Shown here in pieces: positions 28,165 through 40,308 of a DNA stretch of 42,159 nt; position 1 is the first letter of the stretch; each line of letters begins with the position of its first letter. The position numbers and the translations under genes were made by a program. Location of the stretch: assembly GCA_964534955.1 (NCBI GenBank), contig CAZHRR010000004.1, positions 1-42,159 of the forward strand, read 5' to 3'. This stretch comes from an uncultured bacterium. Its GTDB lineage: Bacteria > Fidelibacterota > Marinisomatia > Marinisomatales > UBA2128. The notes beneath the pieces were generated by a model, which saw nothing but the letters and a program-made list of their open reading frames with translations, was not told the origin of the DNA and ran no database searches.

Positions 28165-28631
28165 CTTCTCCTGCCGTAATGGGCAAATGCCTTGTTCGCT
28201 TCAGCCATTCGGTGTGTATCTTCCTTCTTCTTCACAGCGCCGCCTTCTTCATTCGCTGCAGCGATAAATTCTCCAGCTAGCCGCTGGGCCATGCTGCCCT
28301 TGCGTGATTTGGCGAATCCAATAATCCATCTGGCAGCAAGCGCAAAGGCTCTGTGATCCAGAACCTGAATCGGAACCTGGTATGTGGCGCCACCTATTCT
28401 CCGGGATTTCACTTCTATCATAGGTTTTACATTGACCACAGCTTTCTGGAAAAGTTCAATAGGGTCAGACTTAGTCTTTGTTTTCACAATATCCATAGCA
28501 CCATAGAAAATACCTTCAGCTGTACTCTTCTTACCTCGCACCATAAGGTGATTAATAAACTTCTGCACCTGCGTGTCACCGAATACAGGATCAGGTGCTA
28601 TCTTTCGCTTTTCTGGTCTGCGTCTCCTCAT
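28161..28631 (-). CDS. rpsG: 30S ribosomal protein S7
   Basis: [27 protein letters not shown]... Confidence 0.96.
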   Translation of the reverse strand: MRRRRPEKRKIAPDPVFGDTQVQKFINHLMVRGKKSTAEGIFYGAMDIVKTKTKSDPIELFQKAVVNVKPMIEVKSRRIGGATYQVPIQVLDHRAFALAARWIIGFAKSRKGSMAQRLAGEFIAAANEEGGAVKKKEDTHRMAEANKAFAHYGRRR

Positions 28632-28645
28632 CGGTTCAATCCTTA

Positions 28646-29017
28646 TTATCGGGGTCTCTTAGCACCGTATCGAGACCTGCTTGTTTTCCTGTCCATCACG
28701 CCTGCAGTATCCATTGTACCGCGGACAATGTGATATTTTACACCTGGTAAATCCTTTACACGACCACCTTCAATAAGTACTATGGAATGCTCCTGAAGAT
28801 TATGACCTTCACCTGGGATATAAGCAATCACTTCAATACCGTTTGTCAGTCTCACTTTTGCTACCTTACGAAGAGCCGAGTTAGGTTTCTTAGGTGTAGT
28901 CGTGTAAACTCGAGTGCATACACCTCGCTTTTGAGGATTCCGCTTCAAGGCACGGGAACTGCTCTTTTGAGTTGTTCTTTTCCTACCTTTACGTATAAGC
29001 TGATTAATTGTCGGCAT
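28646..29017 (-). CDS. rpsL: 30S ribosomal protein S12
   Basis: [13 protein letters not shown]...[19 protein letters not shown]. Confidence 0.97.
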   Translation of the reverse strand: MPTINQLIRKGRKRTTQKSSSRALKRNPQKRGVCTRVYTTTPKKPNSALRKVAKVRLTNGIEVIAYIPGEGHNLQEHSIVLIEGGRVKDLPGVKYHIVRGTMDTAGVMDRKTSRSRYGAKRPR

Positions 29018-29040
29018 TAATTTTCTTTTCCTTTCTCAAG

Positions 29041-32000
29041 CTAAGCAGCTACTTCGGCTTCAACTGCTTCTGTGTCTTGCTCAGTTATTTCAGCATCTTC
29101 GCTTTCAATGGGTTTCTGAACCAGCATATCTCTGTATTGTTCAAAACCAGTGCCCGCTGGGATAAGGCGACCCAAAATCACATTCTCTTTCAATCCTCGG
29201 AGATAATCAGTTTTGCCCTCTGTTGAAGCATCAGTCAAGACACGTGTCGTCTCCTGGAAGGAAGCAGCCGAAATAAAGCTCTCAGTGTTGAGTGAAGCCC
29301 GAGTTATACCCAACAAGAGCGGTCTGAATGAGGCCGGTTTTGGCTTCCGGCTTTTGGCGGGTGCCTTTCCTTCTTCTTTTAGACTATCATTAATCAACTT
29401 GAATTCGGTCTTATTGACCATCTCGCTTTCTACAAAGTCCGAATCGCCGGGATCGGTGATGTAACGCGATTGCTCTATCCTTTGATTCTCTTTGAATAGA
29501 TCCATCCTGCTCACTCTATCGATGGGCAGAAACTTAGTATCACCGGGATCATCAACTTCCAGCTTTTGCATCATCTGACGTACAATAACCTCAATATGTT
29601 TATCGTTAATACGCACACCTTGAAGGCGATAGACTTCCTGAATCTCGTTAACCAGATATTCCTGAACCCGTTCAGGTCCTAAAATATTCAAGATGTCCGT
29701 AGGCGCTATAGCACCTTCGCAAAGGCGGTCACCAGCGCTTACACGGTCTCCCTCATGAACAATAACATGTCGACCATAAGGAATCCTGTATTTACGAACC
29801 TCGTCATGAGCACCTTCTACAAGCATCTCGCGGATACCTCGTTTGGTTTTACCAAACTTTACTTTACCATCGATTTCTGTCACTACAGCAGGTTCTTTAG
29901 GTTTCCGTGCCTCAAAGAGCTCTGCCACTCGAGGAAGACCACCGGTTATATCGCGAGTTTTACCAATCTCCTTACCAATCTTCACAATGACATCGCCAGC
30001 ACCCACTTTCTTACCATCTACCACCATCAGCACTGCTTTCACAGGAAGAATGGTTCCACCAGCTAAGACATTTTCATCCTTATCAAGGATTTCAATGTGG
30101 GGAGACAATTTGCGATTCCTTGATTCGATTGTTACAATCTGTTTTTTACCACCCTCAACAGCCTCAACCTGATAGGTCTCTCCTTCAATCATATCCACGA
30201 ATCTGATAAATCCGCTTTGCCTGGCAAGAATGACATCTGTGTAAGGATCCCATGTGAACAAAATATCACCTCTGTTCACTTCCTGACTATCCTTCACGAC
30301 TAGTACTGCTCCATAGGGTACATTATAAGTTGAGAGTACCCGCTTGTTCTCATCCATTATATCGATGGCAGCATTTCTCACCAATACTCGTCTGACCAAG
30401 AGAGCTTTCTTACCTCCCACAGTTTCACTATCTTGAACTTCAGCAAATTCTAAATTTGTTGAATATCTAACGGTTCCTTTCCGTTTAGAAACCATTTGAG
30501 ACTGTTCAATGATCCTGGAAGCTGTTCCACCGATGTGGAAGGTTCTTAATGTTAGCTGAGTACCCGGTTCACCGATTGACTGAGCTGCAACGATACCTAC
30601 TGAAGAACCAAGAGCTGCCAACTTATTAGTATTTAGATCATATCCATAGCATTTAGCACAAACACCCCGGTCGGATTCGCAAGTAAGTACAGAACGAATG
30701 AATACTCTGTGTATATCAAGCTCAGATATTAGTTCAGCCTCTACCCCTCCGATAGGTGTTCCAGCCTTTAGCACAACTCCGCCATCACCAAAAACGTCTT
30801 CCTGAAGTACCCGTCCAAGAATGCGGTCTTTCATGGGCTCAATTACTTCTTCGCCTTCCTTTAGATCAGAAATCCAGACACCATTGATGGTACTACAATC
30901 ATCTTCATAAATCACCACATCCTGGGCAACATCTACCAGTCGGCGAGTCAGATAGCCGGCGTCTGCTGTTTTAAGGGCTGTATCAGCCAGACCTTTACGG
31001 GCTCCGTGAGTAGAAATGAAGTACTCTAATACTGTAAGACCTTCCTTGAAGTTAGACGTGATGGGTGACTCGATAATTTCACCTTTTCCACCGGTCATAC
31101 TTTTCCTTGGTTTAGCCATAAGCCCGCGCATACCTGCCAACTGCTTAATCTGGTCTTGACTTCCTCGGGCACCGGAGTCGGCCATCATGTAAACGGGGTT
31201 AAAACCATCCTGGTCAGTTTCAAGATGCTTCATCATATCAGCAGCAACGTCATTAGTAACATGAGTCCAGACATCTATTACCTTATTATAGCGTTCTCCT
31301 TCTGTGATAATCTGGCGATCATATTTTGAATGGATGGAGTTGACTTCTTTACCGGCAAGGTTGATAATGTCAAATTTCTCCTTGGGAATCAATACATCAT
31401 CAATCGCAATACTAACTCCGCTCTGAGTAGCATACTTGAATCCGAGATTTTTTAGATCGTCCAGGAACTTGCCAGTCTTGTGATTTCCAACTAACAGATA
31501 AGTGTCATAGATGATTTTCTCCAACCGCTTCTTGGAAATCATTTCATCAACATAACTAACTTCCTCAGGGAGAATTGAGTTGAATATGGCTCTACCAACA
31601 GTGGTATTCTCCTGCCAGCCATCTTTCGTGCGGACATTAATGATCGCATGAAGACCAACTGCACCGTTCTCATAGGCAAGTGCTACTTCATTCAGACTGC
31701 TAAATGACATACCTTCACCTTTATCATCTTTCTTCAGCTTGGTAAGGAAATAACAACCTAGAACCATGTCTTGTGAGGGAACGGTAATGGGATAGCCATG
31801 AGCAGGATGCAGGATGTTATGGCTTGAAAGCATCAATATACGGGCTTCCATCTGTGCTTCTGCAGAAAGAGGTACATGTACTGCCATCTGGTCTCCATCG
31901 AAGTCAGCATTAAATGCAGCACATACAAGAGGATGAATCTGGACGGCCTTACCATCTACAAGCACAGGCTGAAAAGCCTGAATACCAAGACGGTGAAGCG

Positions 32001-33327
32001 TAGGTGCACGGTTCAGCAATACTGGGTGATCCTGCACCACATAATCTAAAATCTCATAAACCTCTGGTCGCTTTTCTTCTACCATCAGCTTTGCGCTGCG
32101 AGGTGTATTAATGATACCTCGTGAAATGAGTTCATGAATGAGCTGTGGTTTGAAAAGCTCGATGGCCATATCCTTAGGAAGACCACACTCATGAAGCTTT
32201 AGTTCAGGGCCAACCACGATCACGGAACGTCCGGAATAGTCCACGCGCTTACCAAGAAGGTTTTGACGGAATCGTCCTTGCTTACCTCTAAGCATATCGC
32301 TTAAACTCTTCAATGGACGCCGAGTACCGCTGCTCATAGCCGTACCCCTGCGGGTATTATCAAAAAGGGTGTCCACAGCTTCCTGCAGCATCCTTTTTTC
32401 ATTTCGCAAGATCACATCCGGCGCCTTGATTTCCATCAGCTGCTTAAGGCGATTATTCCGAATAATGACGCGGCGGTAAAGGTCGTTCAGATCGCTTGCT
32501 GCAAACCGGCCTCCTTCCAGAGGAACTAATGGTCGAAGCTCAGGTGGAATTACAGGTAGTACTGTAACCACCATCCACTCCGGACGATTAAGCCGTTTGC
32601 GGTCAGGTGATGGATAAAATGCATTGACAACCTTCAGACGTTTCAAAGCATCAGAGCGTTTCTGCTTTGACTTCGACGTTTTAATTGTGTGCAACAGTTC
32701 TTTGATTGTTGCAGAAATATCCAGGATTTTAAGTGCATCACGAATCGCAATACCGCCCATTGCAGCGTAGAAGAAGTTATCCTCATCCACATCTTCCTCA
32801 GATACCGCTTGCTTCCCAAACTCTTTTTCTAAAGTTTGATATTCTTCTTCTTCAATGAGATCAAGAGGGTTCTTACCTGATGCTCCAGGATTGATGACCA
32901 TGTACGATTCATGGTAAATAACCCTTTCCAAAGCCCTCGTAGGAATTCCAAGAAGGTGACTCAACTTACCCGGAACTGATCGCAGATACCAGATATGCAC
33001 TACCGGCACAGCGAGAGTGATATGTCCACCCCGTTCTCGACGGACCCGCTTGCGAGTAACCTCTACACCACAGCGATCACAAATAATACTCCGATAACGA
33101 ATACCTTTGTACTTCCCGCAGTGACACTCATAGTCTTTGACAGGACCGAAGATCTTCTCACAGAAAAGACCATCTTTTTCTGGTTTATAAGACCTATAGT
33201 TAATCGTTTCCGGTTTCAGAACTTCGCCGTATGATCTCCTCAAAATTTCTTCTGGTGAAGAGAGACCGATAGAGACAGAACTGAAGTCTTGGGGCTGATC
33301 GATTTTTCGCGGTTTAATGTAAACCAA
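29041..33327 (-). CDS. rpoC: DNA-directed RNA polymerase subunit beta' (TTG start)
   Basis: 1428 aa with [12 protein letters not shown] and the zinc motif CHCGKY...[15 protein letters not shown] site lies upstream of the TTG at 33327. Confidence 0.98.
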   Translation of the reverse strand: MVYIKPRKIDQPQDFSSVSIGLSSPEEILRRSYGEVLKPETINYRSYKPEKDGLFCEKIFGPVKDYECHCGKYKGIRYRSIICDRCGVEVTRKRVRRERGGHITLAVPVVHIWYLRSVPGKLSHLLGIPTRALERVIYHESYMVINPGASGKNPLDLIEEEEYQTLEKEFGKQAVSEEDVDEDNFFYAAMGGIAIRDALKILDISATIKELLHTIKTSKSKQKRSDALKRLKVVNAFYPSPDRKRLNRPEWMVVTVLPVIPPELRPLVPLEGGRFAASDLNDLYRRVIIRNNRLKQLMEIKAPDVILRNEKRMLQEAVDTLFDNTRRGTAMSSGTRRPLKSLSDMLRGKQGRFRQNLLGKRVDYSGRSVIVVGPELKLHECGLPKDMAIELFKPQLIHELISRGIINTPRSAKLMVEEKRPEVYEILDYVVQDHPVLLNRAPTLHRLGIQAFQPVLVDGKAVQIHPLVCAAFNADFDGDQMAVHVPLSAEAQMEARILMLSSHNILHPAHGYPITVPSQDMVLGCYFLTKLKKDDKGEGMSFSSLNEVALAYENGAVGLHAIINVRTKDGWQENTTVGRAIFNSILPEEVSYVDEMISKKRLEKIIYDTYLLVGNHKTGKFLDDLKNLGFKYATQSGVSIAIDDVLIPKEKFDIINLAGKEVNSIHSKYDRQIITEGERYNKVIDVWTHVTNDVAADMMKHLETDQDGFNPVYMMADSGARGSQDQIKQLAGMRGLMAKPRKSMTGGKGEIIESPITSNFKEGLTVLEYFISTHGARKGLADTALKTADAGYLTRRLVDVAQDVVIYEDDCSTINGVWISDLKEGEEVIEPMKDRILGRVLQEDVFGDGGVVLKAGTPIGGVEAELISELDIHRVFIRSVLTCESDRGVCAKCYGYDLNTNKLAALGSSVGIVAAQSIGEPGTQLTLRTFHIGGTASRIIEQSQMVSKRKGTVRYSTNLEFAEVQDSETVGGKKALLVRRVLVRNAAIDIMDENKRVLSTYNVPYGAVLVVKDSQEVNRGDILFTWDPYTDVILARQSGFIRFVDMIEGETYQVEAVEGGKKQIVTIESRNRKLSPHIEILDKDENVLAGGTILPVKAVLMVVDGKKVGAGDVIVKIGKEIGKTRDITGGLPRVAELFEARKPKEPAVVTEIDGKVKFGKTKRGIREMLVEGAHDEVRKYRIPYGRHVIVHEGDRVSAGDRLCEGAIAPTDILNILGPERVQEYLVNEIQEVYRLQGVRINDKHIEVIVRQMMQKLEVDDPGDTKFLPIDRVSRMDLFKENQRIEQSRYITDPGDSDFVESEMVNKTEFKLINDSLKEEGKAPAKSRKPKPASFRPLLLGITRASLNTESFISAASFQETTRVLTDASTEGKTDYLRGLKENVILGRLIPAGTGFEQYRDMLVQKPIESEDAEITEQDTEAVEAEVAA

Positions 33328-33344
33328 TTGAGTTCCTCCGATTA

Positions 33345-36300
33345 TTAATGTAGCTTAACGTCCACACCGAGTCCCTGCAGTTCCTTAACAAGAACATTAA
33401 AAGATTCCGGAATTCCGAACTTCGGTACGTTATCTCCTCTTACAAGGCTGTTGTAAACTTTCGAACGGCCTTCCACATCATCTGATTTTCCAGTCAGGAT
33501 CTCCTGGAGAGTGTAAGCTGCGCCATAAGCTTCCAGAGCCCAAACTTCCATCTCTCCGAACCTCTGACCACCGAACTGGGCTTTCCCACCAAGTGGCTGC
33601 TGAGTGATAAGTGAGTAAGGACCGGTTGAGCGGGCATGCATCTTGTCATCAATCATATGATTAAGCTTTAACATGTAGATGTAGCCTATGGTAACAGGTT
33701 GATCAAATCTCCCGCCAGTTCTTCCATCAAAGAGAACTGTCTTTCCGCTCGTAGGGAGTTTGGCTTTCTCTAATTCTTCCACCACTTGCTTCGGTGAAGC
33801 ACCATCAAAAGAAGGTGTTTCATACCGTTCATCAAGTTCATGACCAGCCCATCCGAGCATTGTTTCATAAAGCTGACCCAGGTTCATACGTGAAGGTACA
33901 CCAAGCGGATTCAAAACAATGTCAACAGGAGTGCCATCCTCTGTGAAAGGCATATCCTCTTCAGGTACCACTACAGCTACTACACCCTTATTTCCGTGGC
34001 GACCAGCCATTTTATCCCCTACCTGAATCTTTCGCTTTTTAGCAATGTAAACCTTAGACAGCTTAGATACTCCAGGCTGAAGTTCATCACCTACTTGCAG
34101 CTTGTAGATTTCACGCTCCAGGTTCTCTTCTATCTTCCGCCACTCACGTCGGAATGAGTTCCACACTTGTTGTATTTGAATCCAGACCTTCCTATCCTGA
34201 ACCCACGGATTATCTCTGGAAATCTGTTCCAGATCAAGACCAGTCAGACGTTTTAAGGTTAACTTTGTAGATGCCTTGATAACAGTCTTCCCAGTATTAA
34301 CATCGCGCAACCCGGCACTGATCTGATCAGTTAGAAGTTGTACAAGTCTATCATCGCGCTTCTTCTTGATCTGCCTCTTCTTTACGGAAGTTTCTTTCTG
34401 CCTCTCGTGAATCATTTTCTTTTCCATTGCTCGAGTAGCTTTCGTCTTTCGTTCAAAAACCTGTGTTTTAATGACTACACCTTTAGTACCGGGATCTGCA
34501 CGTTTGGAAGCATCTTTTACATCCCCGGCTTTTTCTCCAAAGATTGCTCGAAGAAGTTTCTCCTCAGGTGTAGGATCGGTTTCACCTTTCGGAGTCACCT
34601 TACCTATTAAAATATCTCCTGCAGAAACCTCTGAACCAATACGGACAATACCATTTTCATCCAGGTCCTTGGTAGCTTCTTCACTGACGTTAGGAATTTC
34701 ACGAGTCAACTCTTCCTCGCCGCGTTTTGTATCCCGTACTTCAAGCTCTACCTCGGTGATATGCACTGAGGTAAATATATCATCTTTTACCAGCCTCTCG
34801 CTGATGACAATGGCATCCTCGAAGTTATAACCTCGCCAAGGCATAAAAGCCACCAGGACGTTCCGGCCTAAAGCAAGCTCACCTTTCTCCATGGAGGGAC
34901 CATCTGCTAACAGATCGCCCCGCTTAATAGTGATACCCTCCTGCACTACCGGACGTTGATTCATACATGTATCCTGATTGGTTCTGGAATACTTTACAAG
35001 AGGAATTCGAATTGTGTTTTCATCACGTGTTATGGTCATGTCATCTGGAATTTCATCCGTTTTAATTACGATTTCCTTAGCGTCAACGGATGTCACAACA
35101 CCTTTTACAGGAGAGTAAATACCACCCCGGGAATCATTGGCTACTGTCGCTTCCATACCCGTTCCCACGATGGGAGCCTGGGGATTAATCAGAGGAACTG
35201 ACTGGCGCTGCATATTTGATCCCATCAAAGCACGGTTGGCATCATCGTGTTCCAAGAAAGGAATTAGTGCAGCAGCAACACTTAGAATCTGGTGTGGAGC
35301 CACATCCATATATTGGACTTGTTCAGGCTCTACAATAGGGAAGTCACCCCGAATTCTGGCTCGAATATGATCCTCTGATATCCGACCCTTCTCATCTAAT
35401 TCGATATTTGCTTGAGCTATCATTGAGCGGTCTTCATCCTCTGCAGATAAATACTCTATCTTCTTTGTAACAAAAGCACCAGATCCATTTTTATTGGTCA
35501 CTATACGGTATGGAGCTTCGATAAAGCCCAGGTCATTCACTTTCGCATGAGTTGCCAGAGAGGAGATCAGACCAATATTGGGACCTTCCGGAGTTTCAAT
35601 GGGACACAGTCTTCCGTAATGAGTGTAGTGAACATCCCGGACCTCAAAACCGGCTCTCTCCCGTGTCATTCCACCTGGTCCTAAGGCTGATACTCTTCGC
35701 TTATGAGTTATTTCAGCTAATGGATTAGTCTGATCCATAAATTGACTAAGCTGACTGGTACCGAAGAAAGAGTTGATAACAGTTGTCACTACGCGAGAAT
35801 TGATGAGATCCTGAGGTGTTAAACTTTCTGCTTCCCGCAGATTCATCCGTTCACGAATGGTTCTCGACATGCGGTTCAGAGCAATAGAAAACTGATTGGT
35901 TAACTGTTCACCTACAGATTTCATCCTTCGATTACCCAAATGGTCAATATCATCAGCACCGCGGTTACCTTTTCTCATCTCGATCAGGAACTCAACAACC
36001 CGTATCATATCATCCGTAGTAAGCACAGTGTGATCAAGAGGTACATCCAGTGCAAACTGCTTGTTCAATCTATAACGACCTACTTTACCAAGGTCATATC
36101 TCTTAGGACTGAAAAACATCCTCTCAATAAACTTTTGGGCGGTTTCCAGATTAGGCGGTTCACCTGACCGGATGTGCTGATACATGAGGTTCAAAGATTC
36201 TTCAGTGTTTCTTGTAGGATCCTTCTTCATAGTATTCACAAGTAGTTCGGCAGAGAGATTATTGCCAGCATCAACTACTTCAACAGCATCAATCCCGGAT

Positions 36301-37124
36301 TTTTTGATTTCTTCGAGCAAATCCTCAGTCAGTTCGTTACCGCCTTCACAGATTATTTCACCTGTCTCCAGATCGACAACGTCATCAGCCAAGAATTTAC
36401 CAACTATCTTTTTGTTGGAGCGTTTGCTAATCTTCACTGTCTCAATAAGGCCGAAGGCCCTGAAGATGTCAGCATTTGAAGAAAAACCAAGAGAACGAAG
36501 TAACGTAGTGACAGGAAACTTCTTCCTGCGATCGATGATGACGAAAATGCAATCGTTAATATCGGTAGTATAATCAATCCATGAACCTCGGAATGGTATT
36601 ACACGGGCTTGATACAGCTTCGTCCCATTCGGATGGATGTGTTCATCAAAGAAGACACCTGGTGAACGCTGCAGCTGACTGACGATTACTCGCTCAGCTC
36701 CGTTAATGACAAACGTCCCGCGGTCTGTCATAAATGGTACATTGCCAAAATAGACGTCCTGATCAATACTGTGGGCATATTTCGTCCGGTCAAACTCATC
36801 GGTAATGTGCAGAGTCAGCTTCACTTTTAAAGGTACTGAGTAGGTTACCCCTCTTTCGAGACATTCAGAGGGTATGTATTTCGGCTTTCCATAATAGTAG
36901 CTCTTGTACTCAAGGATGTAGTTGCGGTGTGTATCCTCAATAGGAAAAGCATTCCGGAATACCTCTTCCAGTCCAAATGCTTCTCGCTTATTGACAGGTA
37001 CATCAAGCTGCATGAAATGCCTGAATGACCGTACTTGCACATCAAGAAGATTCGGCATCTTCTGAATGGACTTAATCTGTGAAAATGAGTTTCTTTTTGT
37101 TATTTTACTCTTTGTTGGAGACAA
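33345..37124 (-). CDS. rpoB: DNA-directed RNA polymerase subunit beta (TTG start)
   Basis: 1259 aa with [14 protein letters not shown] and [22 protein letters not shown] lies upstream of the TTG at 37124. Confidence 0.98.
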   Translation of the reverse strand: MSPTKSKITKRNSFSQIKSIQKMPNLLDVQVRSFRHFMQLDVPVNKREAFGLEEVFRNAFPIEDTHRNYILEYKSYYYGKPKYIPSECLERGVTYSVPLKVKLTLHITDEFDRTKYAHSIDQDVYFGNVPFMTDRGTFVINGAERVIVSQLQRSPGVFFDEHIHPNGTKLYQARVIPFRGSWIDYTTDINDCIFVIIDRRKKFPVTTLLRSLGFSSNADIFRAFGLIETVKISKRSNKKIVGKFLADDVVDLETGEIICEGGNELTEDLLEEIKKSGIDAVEVVDAGNNLSAELLVNTMKKDPTRNTEESLNLMYQHIRSGEPPNLETAQKFIERMFFSPKRYDLGKVGRYRLNKQFALDVPLDHTVLTTDDMIRVVEFLIEMRKGNRGADDIDHLGNRRMKSVGEQLTNQFSIALNRMSRTIRERMNLREAESLTPQDLINSRVVTTVINSFFGTSQLSQFMDQTNPLAEITHKRRVSALGPGGMTRERAGFEVRDVHYTHYGRLCPIETPEGPNIGLISSLATHAKVNDLGFIEAPYRIVTNKNGSGAFVTKKIEYLSAEDEDRSMIAQANIELDEKGRISEDHIRARIRGDFPIVEPEQVQYMDVAPHQILSVAAALIPFLEHDDANRALMGSNMQRQSVPLINPQAPIVGTGMEATVANDSRGGIYSPVKGVVTSVDAKEIVIKTDEIPDDMTITRDENTIRIPLVKYSRTNQDTCMNQRPVVQEGITIKRGDLLADGPSMEKGELALGRNVLVAFMPWRGYNFEDAIVISERLVKDDIFTSVHITEVELEVRDTKRGEEELTREIPNVSEEATKDLDENGIVRIGSEVSAGDILIGKVTPKGETDPTPEEKLLRAIFGEKAGDVKDASKRADPGTKGVVIKTQVFERKTKATRAMEKKMIHERQKETSVKKRQIKKKRDDRLVQLLTDQISAGLRDVNTGKTVIKASTKLTLKRLTGLDLEQISRDNPWVQDRKVWIQIQQVWNSFRREWRKIEENLEREIYKLQVGDELQPGVSKLSKVYIAKKRKIQVGDKMAGRHGNKGVVAVVVPEEDMPFTEDGTPVDIVLNPLGVPSRMNLGQLYETMLGWAGHELDERYETPSFDGASPKQVVEELEKAKLPTSGKTVLFDGRTGGRFDQPVTIGYIYMLKLNHMIDDKMHARSTGPYSLITQQPLGGKAQFGGQRFGEMEVWALEAYGAAYTLQEILTGKSDDVEGRSKVYNSLVRGDNVPKFGIPESFNVLVKELQGLGVDVKLH

Positions 37125-37204
37125 TATACTCTCCTCCTACTCTGTTATGATTTTATCCTGTTTAGCTGCGACGTTCATCATCGCTTTAGTTCTGATAAGC
37201 AGTA

Positions 37205-37585
37205 TTACTTGAGCTCTACAGAGGCGCCAACTTCTTCAAGCTGCTTCTTCATCTCTTCGGCTTCCTCTTTGCTCACGCCTTCCCGAACAGCCTTGGGAGC
37301 ACTCTCGACAAGATCTTTTGCTTCTTTAAGCCCAAGATCGGTCATACTCCTTACTACTTTAATTGCCTGGATTTTCTTGTCTCCTGCAGCTGTGAGAACA
37401 ACATCGAAAGTGTCTTTCTCCTCAACTGCAACTTCGCCACTTGCAACTGGACCGGCAGCAACCGCTACGGGAGCAGCGGCAGTAACACCAAACTTCTCCT
37501 CTATCTCAGATATTAATTCAGAGATCTCCAGCATATTGGCATTCTCAAGGTAGTCAAGAACATCTGTACGCTTAACCTCAGCCAT
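37205..37585 (-). CDS. rplL: 50S ribosomal protein L7/L12
   Basis: Ala-rich hinge followed by [24 protein letters not shown]. Confidence 0.96.
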   Translation of the reverse strand: MAEVKRTDVLDYLENANMLEISELISEIEEKFGVTAAAPVAVAAGPVASGEVAVEEKDTFDVVLTAAGDKKIQAIKVVRSMTDLGLKEAKDLVESAPKAVREGVSKEEAEEMKKQLEEVGASVELK

Positions 37586-37605
37586 TGTTGTATTCCTCCT
37601 GGTCT

Positions 37606-38124
37606 CTAGGACTGTTTAGTTTCTTTAAGATTATTGAGCACATTCACCATATTGCTCATCGAATTTTTCAAAGCTAAAGCTATCTTTGTCATAGGTGATG
37701 AAAGATCTGCTACCAATTTTGTAAGCAACTCCTCGTGAGAAGGTAAGTTAGCAATCTGAGCAAAAGAGACACGATCCATTACTTTACCTTCAAAAATGAA
37801 TCCTTTAACTTCCGGCAGTGCGTGGTCTTTCTTGAATTCTTTAATCACTCTCGCTGGTAACGTAGGATCATCATAAGAAATTGCGATGGCTGAGGGGCCG
37901 GTCAGCATATCATCAATATCGGCAAGCTCAGCTTCTTTTGACGATATTTTAGCCAAAGTATTTTTCACCACTGTGTACTCTACACCACTTTCATAAAATT
38001 TTCGGCGAAGCTCCGTTACATCAGCAACAGAAAGACCGAGATAATCAGTCACATATATACTTGTAGCTTTTTTCAGTTTATCTGTCAACCCTTCGACAGC
38101 GCTAATATTTTGTTGGTTTGGCAT
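37606..38124 (-). CDS. rplJ: 50S ribosomal protein L10
   Basis: 172 aa. Position between rplA and rplL, with [19 protein letters not shown]. Confidence 0.93.
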   Translation of the reverse strand: MPNQQNISAVEGLTDKLKKATSIYVTDYLGLSVADVTELRRKFYESGVEYTVVKNTLAKISSKEAELADIDDMLTGPSAIAISYDDPTLPARVIKEFKKDHALPEVKGFIFEGKVMDRVSFAQIANLPSHEELLTKLVADLSSPMTKIALALKNSMSNMVNVLNNLKETKQS

Positions 38125-38128
38125 CTCT

Positions 38129-38818
38129 CTACACCAAAGTTGATTTATCCACTTTTATCCCCGGTCCCATAGTAGAAGAAACAGTTACTTTTTTCAAATA
38201 GGTACCTTTTACCGTTGTTGGCTTTTCCCTCATTAACCTCGAAACAACTGATTTGAGATTGTCAATCAGAAGTTCAACTTCAAATGAACTTTTACCAATA
38301 CTAACATGAATGATACCGAATTTATCAACTCTCAGCTCTACACGACCGGCTTTGATTTCCTGGACGGTCTTTGTTAAATCTTTTGTAACAGTACCGCTTT
38401 TGGGATTGGGCATCAAACCCTTTGGACCAAGAATCTTTCCAAGCTTTCCTAACTGGGGCATCATCTGTGGAGAAGCAACTATGACGTCTATCTCGTCCCA
38501 ACCACTTTCGAGCTTTTTAATGTATTCATCGCTGCCGGCAAAATCAGCTCCAGCATCGATTGCATCATTCACATTTGAGCTATCAGTCAAGACAAGAACA
38601 CTTATTTCTCTGCCAGTGCCGTGAGGTAAAGAAGTTGTAACGCGAATATTCTGTTCTGCCCGCTTGGGATTAACTCCAAGATTCACCGTGGCCTCTATTG
38701 TTTCATCAAACCTGGCTTTGGAGGTCTCTTTCACAAGCGTGAAAGCTTCTTCAGGAGCATAATAATGTGTCCTATCAATTTTCTTTAAACTTTCGTTATA
38801 TTTTTTACCGTGATGCAT
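38129..38818 (-). CDS. rplA: 50S ribosomal protein L1
   Basis: GPKGLMPNPKSGTVT and IHVSIGKSSF. Confidence 0.96.
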   Translation of the reverse strand: MHHGKKYNESLKKIDRTHYYAPEEAFTLVKETSKARFDETIEATVNLGVNPKRAEQNIRVTTSLPHGTGREISVLVLTDSSNVNDAIDAGADFAGSDEYIKKLESGWDEIDVIVASPQMMPQLGKLGKILGPKGLMPNPKSGTVTKDLTKTVQEIKAGRVELRVDKFGIIHVSIGKSSFEVELLIDNLKSVVSRLMREKPTTVKGTYLKKVTVSSTMGPGIKVDKSTLV

Positions 38819-38821
38819 CTT

Positions 38822-39247
38822 TTACCCCTGAACCTCAATTCCCATACTCTCAGCAGTCCCTTTGATAATATTCATGGCAGCTTCAATTGTATTTGCATTC
38901 AAGTCCTGCATCTTAGTCTCTGCAATCTTTCTAACATCATCCTCTGATACATTTCCTACCTTTTCTTTGTTAGGCTCAGCAGATCCTTTATCAATTTTAG
39001 CTGCCTTCTTTAGAAGAACCGCTGCTGGAGGTGTTTTAGTGATAAATGTGAATGAACGATTCTCATAGACCGAAATCACAACAGGAATCACAGTCCCCAT
39101 CTGATCCTTCGTCTTTTCGTTGAACGCCTTGCAGAAGTCCATAATGTTCACACCGTGCTGACCTAAAGCAGGTCCTACAGGTGGTGCAGGATTCGCTTGT
39201 CCACCTCGGATTTGAAGCTTGATAATAGTCATCACTTTTTTTGCCAT
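38822..39247 (-). CDS. rplK: 50S ribosomal protein L11
   Basis: [35 protein letters not shown]. Confidence 0.97.
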   Translation of the reverse strand: MAKKVMTIIKLQIRGGQANPAPPVGPALGQHGVNIMDFCKAFNEKTKDQMGTVIPVVISVYENRSFTFITKTPPAAVLLKKAAKIDKGSAEPNKEKVGNVSEDDVRKIAETKMQDLNANTIEAAMNIIKGTAESMGIEVQG

Positions 39248-39254
39248 GGTTTTC

Positions 39255-39782
39255 CTATTTCTCGTGTTCTACCTGAAGATATTCAAGTTCAACAGGCGTA
39301 GACCTTCCAAAGATGGAGATAAGCACTGTTACTTTCTGCTTTTCAGCATTCACTTCCTGCACTAAGCCATTGAAATCCACAAATGGACCATCCACAATCT
39401 TGACAGGTTCACCTTTATGAAAACGTGTACCAACCACTTCACGTCCATCCATATTTTCTACTTCACCCAAGATTCGCTTTACTTCAACTTCTTTCAACGC
39501 TTCTGGCTGGTTATTTGGACCAACAAAACTGACGATTCCATGGATATTTTCCACAAAATGCCGCGACTCTTTATCCAACTCCATTTTGACCAGTATATAT
39601 CCGGGAAAGAAGACCTTATTCTTAACAACCTTCTTACCCCCTCTCATTTCTACGACGTTTTCTGAAGGAACGAGGACTTCTTCAATTCTATCTGCCATTT
39701 CACCTTCGCTGGCTTCGTGAAGGAGTGAATCACGTACCTTCTTTTCACGTCCAGATAATACTCTAAGTGAATACCATTCCAT
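39255..39782 (-). CDS. nusG: transcription termination/antitermination factor NusG
   Basis: [14 protein letters not shown], a C-terminal KOW region [11 protein letters not shown], and the conserved position. Confidence 0.95.
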   Translation of the reverse strand: MEWYSLRVLSGREKKVRDSLLHEASEGEMADRIEEVLVPSENVVEMRGGKKVVKNKVFFPGYILVKMELDKESRHFVENIHGIVSFVGPNNQPEALKEVEVKRILGEVENMDGREVVGTRFHKGEPVKIVDGPFVDFNGLVQEVNAEKQKVTVLISIFGRSTPVELEYLQVEHEK

Positions 39783-39785
39783 CTT

Positions 39786-39968
39786 CTACAATATTACCTG
39801 CATAATAAGATTTAATACTTGATCAACTACAAAGAGAAATACACCGAGAAGTACAGCAAGACCAAGGACCACATATGTCGATCCACGAAGTTCGTCCCAG
39901 GTAGGCCATGAAACTTTCTTCATTTCGAACTGCACACCTTCTAAAAAGTTGCGTATCTTCTTTATCAT
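39786..39968 (-). CDS. secE: preprotein translocase subunit SecE
   Basis: 60 aa with EMKKVSWPTWDEL plus a single transmembrane helix, directly upstream of nusG. Confidence 0.9.
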   Translation of the reverse strand: MIKKIRNFLEGVQFEMKKVSWPTWDELRGSTYVVLGLAVLLGVFLFVVDQVLNLIMQVIL

Positions 39969-39986
39969 TCCTATTCACTTTTTTTT

Positions 39987-40059
39987 ATGAGCGGTAAGAA
40001 TTTCCGAAGTGCGAAGCCTCCTGCGGAGATCATACGGAGAACCCTCAACCGCTGATTTT
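39987..40059 (-). pseudogene. degenerate tRNA-Trp 3' half (copy 3) with a 36 nt hairpin in the T-loop position
   Basis: Minus strand AAAATCAGCGGTTGAGGGTTC[36 nt, 40003-40038]AATTCTTACCGCTCAT aligns with AAAACCGGCGGTTGCGGGTTCAATTCCTGCCGCTCCT of tRNA-Trp. Confidence 0.55.
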
Positions 40060-40091
40060 GCCTGCCCGAACTGGTGTCCATTCAGGCGGGC
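40060..40091 (+). repeat. type A GCCTGCCC element
   Basis: GCCTGCCCGAACTGGTGTCCATTCAGGCGGGC, abutting the anticodon-loop end of the copy 3 remnant. Confidence 0.65.
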
Positions 40092-40160
40092 TTGTCCGTC
40101 ATTGCAGGTGAGGCAGGAATTTCCAAAGGATCCTGTGGAGAACCCGCAACCGCCGGTTTT

Positions 40161-40200
40161 GCCTGCCCGAACTGATGTCCAGTCAGGCGTGCCTGCCCGC
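40161..40200 (+). repeat. type A GCCTGCCC element with an extra terminal GCCTGCCCGC
   Basis: GCCTGCCCGAACTGATGTCCAGTCAGGCGTGCCTGCCCGC. It forms the 3' boundary (in tRNA orientation) of the insert in the outer tRNA. Its inverted partner CGGCAGGCAG is at 40320-40329. Confidence 0.65.
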
Positions 40201-40235
40201 CAATTAACTGTAGAATTATCTACCATAATTAATTG

Positions 40236-40308
40236 CAGGAGCGGCAGGAATTGAACCCGCAACCGCCGGTTTTGGAGACCGGTGCTCTACCAATTGAGCT
40301 ACGCTCCT
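40236..40308 (-). tRNA. trnW: tRNA-Trp (anticodon CCA), intact, no encoded CCA end
   Basis: AGGAGCG TA GCTC AATTGGTA GAGC A CCGGT CTCCAAA ACCGG CGGTT GCGGG TTCAATT CCTGC CGCTCCT G gives a full cloverleaf with discriminator G73. Confidence 0.93.

Noticed and set aside
37125-37204. rplL-rpoB spacer as an attenuator or terminator
   Set aside because: I could find only a weak 4 bp stem (GCGA/TCGC) and no T-run, which is not enough to call a regulatory structure.
39975-40262. 95 aa minus-strand ORF (and the 81 aa plus-strand ORF at 40009-40254) over the secE to tRNA-Trp spacer
   Set aside because: It lies entirely over tRNA-derived remnants and palindromic repeats. Its peptide (RAGTPDWTSVRAGKTGG...) is just translated repeat sequence, and a near-identical peptide appears in the ORF at 41848-42159. 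It has no start context.
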